This document shows, piece after piece, positions 42,301-54,766 of a stretch of DNA of 64,000 bases. The position numbers and the translations under genes are program-made. The notes below the pieces were generated by a model, which worked only from the letters and a program-made list of their open reading frames with translations, searched no databases and had not been told where the DNA came from. Source of the DNA: Octopus sinensis (Eukaryota); contig NC_042997.1 in NCBI RefSeq assembly GCF_006345805.1, positions 113,026,001 through 113,090,000 on the forward strand. The letters run 5' to 3'. Positions within the stretch are counted from its first letter, which is position 1. Each line of letters begins with the position of its first letter.

Positions 42301-44417
42301 TGCATATGCCTGGTGTACCCTTATCAGATAGGTAGTCATGATGGTTATACTGGGCTTCGTATATTTTACCCCAGTGTCACTTTGATGGCATGCACTGCTC
42401 TCTCACTCAATAAAAATAATAATAATAATAATAATCATAATAATAATAATAATAAAAGAAGTGTGTTTCTTAATGCCATACTAACTCTCTCATGGCACAA
42501 AATTTGAGTGAGGGCCTGTAGCAAAGTGGTTAGGGATATTTGGCTCATGATCTTGATGTTGTGAGTTCGATTGCTGGCAGTGTGTTGTATCCTTGAGCAA
42601 GACACTTTATTTCTTGTTACTTCAGTCCACTCAGCTGGCAAAAATGAGTTGTACTTATATTTTAAAGGTCCTGCCATGTCACATTCTGTGTTAAACTGAA
42701 TCTCCCCAAGAGCTACATTAAAGGTACACATGTGTGTGGAATGCTCAGCTACTTGCACATTAATTTCACAAGCAGGCTGTTCTGTTGATCAAATCAACTG
42801 GAACCCTCATCACCATAACCCACAGAGAACCCATTTACTACTAAATTTGTTTCAACACATGATTTCACATCAAGAATCTTGCAGACCAAACACAAATACA
42901 AAAATAATCCCCACTAAACCTTTCTTTTTTGTTAAATATTTTAATATATCATTGAAGAATGTTCTCTGGTTTCTTTCAACATCTTACTGTTCTTTCTTCT
43001 TTCTCTTTGAAGGGGTCTCGTTAATGAGGAAGAACTGCAGAAAATCAACAAAACTTTGACTGAAAGTGAATTTTGCAGCCATGCTTATGGTGTAAGTAAT
43101 ATTGGTTTCAGCCTTGGTGCAGGGCCAGCAGATTCGAGACAGGGGCTAAGTTGATTACATCGACCCCAGCGCTCAGGATGAAAAGCAAAGCTGATCTCGG
43201 TGGAATTTGAACCCAGAACATAAAGACAGACGAAAATGCCACTGACCACCTTATGGCGTCTGTTATATTCAAAACCAATATTAAGTCCAGACTAACTTTG
43301 TCTTTCATCTCTGTGGGGAAGGGGTCGATGTAATAAAGTGCTGGGAGGGATTTAATTAATTATGACCTCCACCAAAACATGTGGTCTTGTGTCAATGTCA
43401 GAAATCAATAGTCAAAATAGACATATTGCATGTATAAAATCTCTCCCTCTCTCTCTTTCTTTCTCTCTCTCTCTCTCACACATACACACACATGCACTCA
43501 CACACAGAATCACATATACACATGCACTCACACACACTCACACATACATGTGTTCATGCACACACACACCTGTATTGCTATGTATATCCCAATCCTACTC
43601 TCTCTCTCTTTCTCTCTCTTAACCCACATCTGTATTCATGTGCTTCTGTACTCATCATCATCATAGTTTAAGGTCTGTTTTCCATGGGTTGGACAGTTTA
43701 ACTGAGGTCTGGAAAGCCAGCAGTTACACCAGGCACCAATCTGATTTGATATGGCTTCTACAGCTGAATGCCCTTCCTAATGCCAACCACTCCAAGAGTG
43801 TAGTGGGTACTTCTTATGTGCCAGTGGAACGGGAGCCAGTCAGGGGGCACTGGCAGTAACCACATTCGGATGGTACTTTTTACGTGCCACCGGAATGGGA
43901 GCCAGTCAGGTAGACCTGGTATCAACCACATTTGGATGGTGCTTTTTACATGCCACCAGCACAGGAGCCCACCAAAGGGCACTGGCATTGACCATGTTCA
44001 GATGATGCTTTTTACTGGTATGGGAGCCAATCAGGGGCAGTGGGCCCAGCTATGATATTGGCTTTACTTGATATTGGTTTGGTTTGGTTTTGGTTTGCTA
44101 CCATTTGAATCCAAACTGATCTTGGGTATTCTTCTACAAGAATTCAAATCAGTTTGGTTTCATGTTGATGATTTTCCTGTAGATTAGTGTTTCTCATATA
44201 AAATTTTGGTGTTAAAATTTATCTGCAATAAATTGGTTATATTTCTACAGTATAGGCACAAGAATGGCTGTGTGGTAAGAAGCTTGCTTCCCAACCAAAT
44301 GGTTCCTGGTTCAGTTCTGCTGCATGACATCTTGGACAAGTGACTTTTAGTATAGCCTCAGGCCGACCAAAGCCTTGTGAGTGGATTTGGTAGACAGAAA
44401 CTGAAAGAAGCCCATTG

Positions 44418-44451
<34 letters not shown>

Positions 44452-45879
44452 TACATATATATATGTGTGTGTGTTTGTCCATCCTCCCCACCATTGCTTA
44501 AAAACTAATGTTGGTCTGTTTACGTCCCTGTAACTTAGCAGTTCGGCAAAAGAGACTGATAGAATAAGTGTTAGGCTTACAAAGAATAAGTCCTGGCATC
44601 GATTTGCTTGACTAAAGGCAGTACTCCAGCATGGCCCGCAGTCAAATGACTGAAACAAATAAAAGAATACATCAATATCTCATCTTTTTAAGGCAGTAAG
44701 GTAGCAGAATAGTTGGCGCTTTGGGCCAAATGCTTAGTGGTATTTCCTCTGTCTTTACCATTCTCAGTTCAAATGCTGCTGGAATTGACTTTGCCTTTCA
44801 TCTTTTTGGGGTCAATAAAATATGTTCCATTGAATTCTGGGGGCAATTATCATCATCATCGTTGTTTAACATCTGCTTTCCATGCTGGCATGGGTTGGAT
44901 GGTTTGACTGAGGACTGGCAAGTCAGGAAGCCGCACCAGGCTCAATCTGATCTGGCAAGGTTTCTACAACTAGATGCCCTTCCTAACACCAACCACTCCA
45001 AGAGTATATGACTACACTCAAATGGTGTTTTTTATGTGCCACCAGCACAGGTATCAGTCAGGTGGCACTGACATTGGCCACGCTTGAATGGTGCTTTTTA
45101 TGTGCCACTGACCCGGGTGCCAGTCAAGCATTACTGGCATCGGCCATGACAACAATTTTACTTAACTCAACAGGTCTTCTCAAGCTCAGCAGATTGCCTG
45201 ACAATTGAAGGGTACTTTAAAACAGGCTGGTTATGTGACACTAGCATCGGCCATGGCTATGATCCCACTTAGCTTGCTGGGTCTTCTCAAGCACAGCATA
45301 TCTCCAAGGGTCTTGGTCAAATCGACTTATCCCCTCTTCGGAAACTGCCAGACTTGTGCACACATGTATACACACACACATGCCCACACACGTGCATACA
45401 CACATACATATGCATGTGCACACCCATACACATAAGCATGCACACACACGTACACACACACTCACATGCAAATACACACACGCGTGCTTACACCCACACA
45501 CACACACACACCTGCACACACATGTACACACACAACTGAACACACATACATGCACACACACATGCATACACACAAGCACACACAGACATACACGTGCACA
45601 CAAACCCCCACACACACGCATGTTTACACCCACATACACACACACCTGCACACACATGTACACACACATACATGCACACACACACACCTACACACACACA
45701 TACATGCACACACACACATGCATACACACATACATGCACACAGACATACATATGCACACCCACACACACACACCTGCACACACATGTACACACACACATA
45801 CACACACACACACTCACACACCTGCACACACATAAATGCACTCACACATCCATACACATACACACACAGACATACATGT

Positions 45880-45913
<34 letters not shown>

Positions 45914-46143
45914 CTCCTCTAATTAATGTAACCACAAACCCAAGTGCTATGTCTTGATAAACGCATAATTATGCACATCAATCTTTTGTTGTCTAGATTG
46001 ACGACGATGTCGGAAGTAAAAGCAGAATGACTCTTTGGAGCTTTCCTGGCAACGATGTGACGGGGATGCTGGCAAGATGTAACAAAATTGCTGGAACAAG
46101 TGAAAAGGTCAGACAAATCAAATATATTTGGATTAAGTTGTTG

Positions 46144-46189
<46 letters not shown>

Positions 46190-49091
46190 CCATCACCATC
46201 ATCACCATCATCATTTGATGTCCATTGCCCATGTTGGGATGGGTTGGATGGTTTGACCAGGACTGGTGAGCTGAGCGGCTGCACCAGACTCCAGTCTGAT
46301 TTGGCATGGTTTCTACAGCTGGATGCCCTTCCTAATGCTAACCACTCTGAGAGTGTAATAGGTGTTTCCATGTGCCACTGGCACAGGTGCCATTTGTGTG
46401 ACACCAGTATCTGCCACAACTATGATTTCTTTTGGCCTCATGAGTCTTCTCAAGCACAGCATATTCTTTTCCACTCCAGGCACAAGGCCTGAAATTTGTG
46501 GGGAGGGGAAGGGGCAGTTGATTAGATCAATCCCAGTATGCAACTGGTACTTAATTTATCAACCCCGAAAGGATGAAAGGCAAAGTCAACCTCGGCGGAA
46601 TTTGAACTCAGAACATAAAAGACAGATGAAATACCGCTGAGCATTTCACCTAGCATGCTAACATTTCTGCCAGCTCACTGCCTTTCTCAAGCACAGCATA
46701 TTGCCAAAGGTCTTAATCATTAATCACTAATGACTTAATCATTAGTCATTGCCTCCGTTGTTGCTGTTATTGTTGTTGTTGTTTAACCACAAATCAGTGT
46801 GATTCAGCAGACTTGGCTGACCAGGTTCTTCCAACCATGAACATCCTGTCTGCTTGTTTCTTCAGATGTAATGTATTTAGAACTACATTCTGTAAAGCAG
46901 CGCTTCTTAACTTTTTTCCATTCGTGGCCCCATTTTTCATCACGGGATTTTTCAAGACCCTAGGTAATAAATATGCAAAATATGTGAAATAACATATAAA
47001 TTGAAATTCAAAGTGTTTGAATTTAATTTTTGCAAACCCAGCATTTTGCTTTGTGACCCCATTTGGGGGTCACAACCCATAGTTTAAGAAGCGCTGCTGT
47101 GAAGCAATGGTTCTCAACCATTTTTTTTTATCTATGGCCCCTTTTGAATTCTATTTTGCTTGAGTGGACCCTCATACCCACTCAATGTATAAATCCTATT
47201 AAATTATTATAATTAAATATTAGAAAGTGTATTAAAGAAATATCTAACCAACATAATTTCAACACATAAATTTTAACAACAAAATCTTATGTGGACATCC
47301 TCCACCCCACCCTAATGGTCATGTGGAGCCTGGCTGAAAACCACTGACCTAATGCATTCTTTTTTATATTAAGACAGAAGAGCTTGATTTGAGGGAGATT
47401 TGGCTGGTATTTCAAGTAAGTTAAGTGACCATCCAAAGGTTCCCTATTTGTATAGACTCATTTGATTATATTAATTTTTATTGTGATCACATGACCATGA
47501 TGTATCTTCATCATCATGATCATCATGATCATCATGATCATCATCATGATGATCATCATCATCATCGCCACCACCAGCACCACCAGTACCAGCACCACCA
47601 GCATCACCACCACCATCAACCCCATTTTAACCCCCACTTTCCCAATGCCTGCATTGGGAAAGTGGGGGTTAAAATGGGGTTGATCATGAACTGAACTCCC
47701 AAACCACTAAACCACATGTTTTCACTTGTGTCATTGAGGAAATAGATTGAACATTCTCAGTAAATTTAATATATGGGAATGGATGTGAGATCAGATTGGA
47801 GCCTGGTGCTGCAGCTGGCTCTCCAGACCTCAGTCAAACCGTCCAACCCATGCTAGCATGGAAAACGGTTGTTAAACGATGATGATGATGATGATGATGA
47901 TGAATCACTACATGTAACAAACTTTACTACATGTGGGTAGAAGTGAGATATGTAATGTCCATGTTTCTATTTGTATAATCAATGACTACAGAAGATAGTT
48001 AAAAATACTGGTTTCAAATTCTGGCGCAAGGCTTGCAATTTCAGGGGAAGACGTCAGTCAATTACATCGACTCCATTTCACAACTGGTACTTATTTTATT
48101 ATTTTTTTTCTCTACTCTTAGGCACAAGGCCTGAAATTTTAGGGGAGGAGGCCAGTTGATTAGATCGACCCAGTACGCAACTGGTACTTAATTTATTGAC
48201 CGTGAAAAGACAAATTGACCTCAGCAGAATTTGAACTCAGAACATAAAGACAGACAAAATACGAATGAGTATTTCATCTGGTATGCTAACGTTTCTGCCA
48301 GCTCACTGCCTTAGAAGGAAGCAAATATTCTTTTCTACTCTAGGCACAAGGCCTGAAATTTCGGGGGAAGGGAGCCAGTCGATTAGATTGACCCCAGTAC
48401 GCAACTGGTACTTAATTTATTGACACCAAATGAATAAAAGACAAAGTCGACCTTGGCAGAATTTGAACTCAGAACAAAAAGATAAATGAAACACTGCTAA
48501 GCAAAGTAATGATTCTGTCAGCTTGCTACTTTACAGATAATTAAAAAATGTTATCACTTATATCTCTTCTAATTACTGATGACATGTTTATATTTTGGCA
48601 GCTTCTAGGAGGTGAAGTGTACTTTTATCATGGAAAACTCATGATGAAGGATGCCTTTTCAGGTGGTAGGCATCTCTGGCATCAAGATTATGGGTAAGTA
48701 CTGAGTTTTATGACTCACCACTAACAATATATATGTGTGTCTAAGAATGGAACCCACAACATTATGGTTGTGGGCCAAAAACCCAAACCACTAGGCCACA
48801 TGTCTTCACAAAGATATCTACCACACGTGCACACTCACAAACATATACATACATATATGTAGCTCTCTCTTGATATATATATATATATAGTTAATCCAAA
48901 CATGAAAACACAAAGTGAAAACACAACGCGAGGACGTAGAACAAGTATAGTGTTATTGGACGCTCAGGAAAGGAAAGAAAGAGGATTTAATGTTTCAAGC
49001 AGAGCTCTTCGTCAGAAACATAGGAAAAGGAAAGATCCAAGGAAGGGAAGACGAAGGAAAAAAAAAATCGCCAACGATACACACGTTTTGA

Positions 49092-49141
<50 letters not shown>

Positions 49142-52100
49142 ATATAAACCATAAAATGTCAAGAGGTATGAGAGATGAATATATTTATTTAACCATTTAA
49201 TATCCGGAGATGTACTTGCATAACAAGTGACTTGATCTGAGATCGTGTGCTGGAACGAAAACAATTGCAGTGTGGAAGGTGTTTATAAGCCATTTAAGAA
49301 ACACACAAAACCGTTAGATTCACTTCAACATTTAAATTTAATTTGTCAAAATATTTTCATCGCTTTGAGACCGCGACCTGTTCACTGACAAAGCTTCATG
49401 CTGCATCTTAATATCCTTTAGATGTCAAATGGTTAAATAAATATATTCATCTCTCATACCTCCTGACTTTTTATGGTTTATATACTCCCCATAAAGTAAT
49501 TTCATTGATCAGATCTGGATTTCAGCTGCATAGGACACTCTGCATTACATTTTATCTGTATTTGGTTACTATGTGGTCTGATAGCCAAGTCCATAAGAGC
49601 AGCTTTCTGTGATAGCCACACACTTCTTTGAATTCATAACTTATACTACAAATACTGATATCTAATGTTATGCAACACAAATTCTTGATTTATTAAAACT
49701 ACCTCTCTGCAGGATGTATCACAATTACTCTATGACAATTAAGACCAGCTCGTTATAAGGAGGAGAGATAATCTCAGGAATAAAGACTTCCAAAGTTGAC
49801 ATACTTTTAAGGAAAAGGACAGACTTATTGTCTGGGGGTAAGGGGACAGTTGTGGGGACATGTTTCTACCTCAATAGGCATCATTTATTTTACCTCCGGT
49901 TGCCAAAGGACTTAAACTTATAAAAAAAAGAGTAGAACACATGGTCAAGATAATCTGCATCATCATCATCATCATCATCATCATTATCGTCATCATCATT
50001 TAATGTCTGTTTTTCATGCTGACATGAGTTGCATGGTTTGACAGGAGCTGGTAAGCCAGAGGGGTCCAGTCTTCTGTTTTGGTATGGTTTCTATGACTGG
50101 ATGCCCTTCCTAATGCCAACCACTTTACAGCATGTACCAGGTGCTTCCTACATGGTGCAAGCACAGGTACTTTGTATGTGGCACTGGTACAGGTGCTTTT
50201 TTTATGTAGCGCCACCACAGGTGCTTTTTTACAGTGGTGTTGGCATGAGTGTTCTTTTACCAAAAAAATCAACCTTGGTGGCATTTAAACTCAAAACGTA
50301 AAGAGCCAGAAGAAACACTGTTAAATGTTTTGTCTAACATGCTGATGAGGATCCTGCCAGCTCACTGCTCAAATCAAGGAAAATGATCCAAGAGAAACAA
50401 GTCAGAGTGGCCAGTGGCAGATAATATGAAAAACAGACATATACAGGTCTATCAAATACCACACAACAAAAATTCTTGATTTATTGAAATTATCTCTGAC
50501 ATCTAGAGGATTTATTATAATTACCAGATGGCAATTACGAACGACTGCATATGAGAAGGGGAGATAATCTCAAGAGTCAAGAATTTCTCCAAAGCTCACA
50601 TACCTATTTCTTTATTACCCACAAGGGGCTAAACACAGAAAAGACAAACAAGGACAGACAAACGGATTAAGTCGATTATATCGACCCCAGTGCGTAACTG
50701 GTACTTATTTAATCGACCCCGGAATTTTAACTCAGGATGTAACGGCAGACAAATTACGGCTACGCATTTCGCCCAGTGTGCTAATGTTTCTGCCAGGACA
50801 CACACACACATACACAGAGTCTAACCCAAAGTTGTGGTGGAAGATTCTTGTCCATGGTATCATTTAGAAGGATTGAACCCAGAAGCAAACAGTTAAATGC
50901 ATATGTGTATGAGATAGAGAGGGGGAAGAGAGAGGAAGAGAGAGAGAGAAGAGGAATCATCTTAGTATTTGACCAGTACTTTATTAACCCTTAGAAGGAT
51001 GAAAGACAAATTTGATGTTGGCCAGATTTGGACTCAGAGACCAAGGACGAATACCACCAGATATTCAGTACTCCACTAAATTGCTGCTTTATTGCACCAT
51101 TGCATTATTGCACATTTTATTGTAATGTTGCACCATCTGAAGGGTGGTGGAGTGGACAGGCATATTTTGGAGAAATCATCCCACCAAGAAACAGCTGTAA
51201 AGAGATCTACTTATTTTTACCATTATAAGGGAAAGGAGCTTGTGTTTTGTAGGATATTGCTGGCAATCTATACAAGAGCTGGCAAGGGACCTGTGGCTAT
51301 GGATGCCAAAGCATGGTCGTACTTGAGCTGGTTGTCCAAACACAACGTATATAGATCAACTCATCAGAGACACTGGATGCCTCCCCAAAGACCTTTCTCA
51401 ACTAATGCAGGACCAACATGGATGGCATGTGCAGGTTAATAATGTCTGACCAAGCTTGACCAAGCTTGATGATGTTCTGATTTCAAATTCAGCTGAGGTC
51501 ATCTTTGCCTTTCATCCTTTCCTGGTCAATAAAGTGCCAGTGATGTATTTGAATCAATTAACCCACCCCTCCCCTCAAATCTGTTGACCTTATGCTTTAA
51601 TCCAAACCAGATATTACTCATATTGTGTATTATTATTGATAGATATTGGTACAACAATGGCTGTTTGACTCCTGATTTACTGACAGTTTACGTAGCACTT
51701 GATAAATGCACCAAAGAAAACGGCTGCTTGCAGGTAAGTAATTATCTTTTTCCTTTTATCTTTTACACGGGGGCATGCTCAACAACATAGAAGTTAAAAT
51801 CATCGAAGAGATGCAATGCTTAGACAAATTGCAGAAGCTACACACATAATAAAAGATAAACCTAGCCTGAATAGGAAACTAGAATGAAACACTAGCACCC
51901 CCCCCCAACATACCACAACCTATGACAGAATAAGATCCCCATAAACTGATAATAATACGAATATAATATAATTCAATCCACAGATAAACAAATGGAATTA
52001 AATAACAACATACATTAACAAAATAAATTAAATTAAATTAAATACAAAAAAATGAAGAAAAGAAAGAAAAGAAAAATAAGTAGGTATAAACAAATGAACA

Positions 52101-52386
52101 AAATAAATAAAAAACAAATTAAACGAACGTGTATAAACAGGGGATACTGATAATACAGGCACATACCCCCCCACATACATTTACTAAACATAGACACATA
52201 CCATAGGAATACAAAATGGCTGACCATTATAGTAAGGAAAGACAAACAAAGGACCACTGATGAGGTCACAGAAGTGTGATGAAAGAACTCCAGCCAAAAT
52301 ACAATTGATATAAAATAAAGCTGAAGCAAATGAACACCAAATATATAGTGTGTTTTTATTGGTTAAATGGCAGCCACATCCCAAAT

Positions 52387-52447
<61 letters not shown>

Positions 52448-52766
52448 AATTTAGAGGCCTGACCACTAAAAGTGGATAGCCTATATGCTAAACATAGACG
52501 TCAAATCGCCATTACCACGAAGAATGTGTTCTCAAGAAAAATCTCAGCAAAAAAAACAAAATGTAAAAATAAGCAAGACAAATGAAAATATTCGAAATAA
52601 AAAACGATTACCTATGTACCAATTGGTTTCACTTGTTAATAGTGGTCAGTCTCTAAATTTTGTATGTGAAACAATTTTTAATCTTTGGATTTAAAAAAAA
52701 AAATGCTGAGCCACTGGTTTTAATTGATTAACTTCAATTTCTGCCCTTATTATATATTATATATAT

Positions 52767-52825
<59 letters not shown>

Positions 52826-54730
52826 CTAAATATTATATATATATATACATACATATATATATACGTATATATATGTATCTATATGAAATATATGCATGTC
52901 TGTCTGTCTCTAACTATTTATCTATCTCTGCATATATAAATGCATATATATATGTATATATATCTAAAGTTAATCCAAACAAGAAAGCACAAAAAAACAC
53001 AACAACGCGATGACGTGGAACAAATATAGTATTATTGGACACTCAGGAAAGAAGGAAAGAAGGAGGGTTTAACGTTTCGAGTGGAGCTCGAAACATAGGA
53101 GAAGGAAAGATCCAGAGAAGGGAAGACAGAGGAAAAATCGCCAACAGTACACACGAGGTCACATTATATATATATATATATCTGTAAATATAATATGTGA
53201 CAATTATTCGGTAGCCATGATAAAACTCTGAGGTTCGGATGTTGGGGTGGAAACCCATGCTGCCATTTCTTCAGTTATCCGACCATCGACAAAATGCTAA
53301 ATCAGAACTTGGCATTATTAGTAAAGAAATTTTAGGAAAAATCAATACGAAAATCAGGAATGCCACTAGGTTTGTACAATGGTCTAATAGTATAGAAGTC
53401 ATTGACTGGTTTAAAGCCATTAAGAATAAGAATAAAGCGAGATTTACTCAATTCGATATTGTCAATTTTTATGCCTCTATCTCTAAGGAACTTCTAAATA
53501 AAGCCCTCACCTTCGCAAGTGAATTCATAGAATTTGCAAATGAAATCAGTACACAGGAGAACATTTTTTCAATGGCCGGATAGCTGAAGAGATGGCGGCG
53601 TGGGTTTCCACCCCGACATCTGAAACTCGGAGTTTTATCATGGCTACCAAATAATTGTCATATATTACTTTTACAGATAAATTCCTCTATTTACATAATA
53701 TCATGGTCTCTTTCATTCTTTTGTTGTCTTACCATTTCTATCAATATATATATATATATATATATATCCGTAATAATGAAGGGTGAAATTAATTAATTTG
53801 GAATAATTATCAATTACACCAAGTAGTCTTCGGCATGTAAAAGCCTCATTCGAGGAAAATTTAAGTAATACTAAGCAATAAAGGGTTTAGCAACGAATTG
53901 CCTTACCACATACCGAATTTAGAAATAGCAGTCAAAGAGTTATAGCTATTTCTTCTACTAAAAAGGGAGATCTCAGTAAAAACAGCAATTGGAAGGCAGA
54001 CACAAACAGGTAAGAGAGAATGAATTGACGGCAATCTATCATACTTTTTAAGTTATCTATGGACGTAAATCAAGTTTTTAAAATTAAATAATTCTTATTA
54101 CCAAAACGAAACTTCTTTTCTCTTCAGCGTAGAATACTATAATCATAAATGATTATATATTGAATTTTGAGATACTAGAAGGCACCAACTCAACTCAGTA
54201 TCAGAGCGAGCTAGAATCCGCAACTAGTATCACCGAATTCAATTGTGAATGAAACGATTGTGTCACCAGCCCCTTCCCACCCGTGTGTAGCCAAAACAAG
54301 ATGCTGGTCATCTCAATCGTTTCATTCACAAATTGAATTCGGTGATACTAGTTGCGGATTCTAGCTCGCTCTGATACTGAGTTGAGTTGGTGCCTTCTAG
54401 TATCTCAAAATTCAATATATAATCATTTATGATTATAGTATTCTACGCTGAAGAGAAAAGAAGTTTCGGTAAGATAGAATTATTTAATATTTAATATTTA
54501 ATTCTTATGCTTTCCTAAAAACTTGATTTCGAAACGTACGTCCGTAGATAACTTAAAAATGTATGATAGATTGCGTCAATTCATCTCTCTACCTGTTTGT
54601 GTCTGCCTTCCAATTGCTGTGTTTTTACTGAGATCTCCCTTTTAGTAGAAGAAATAGCTATAACTCTTTGACTGCTATTTCTAAATCGGTATGTGGTAAG
54701 GCAATTCGTTGCTAAACCCTTTATTGCTTA

Positions 54731-54766
<36 letters not shown>

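Larger units (their letters stand above)
53179..53679. mobile_element. Inverted-repeat element: arms 53179-53296 and 53562-53679 around a Penelope RT piece
   Basis: Arms are reverse complements with scattered mismatches; left arm abuts a (TA)n tract. Confidence 0.8.
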
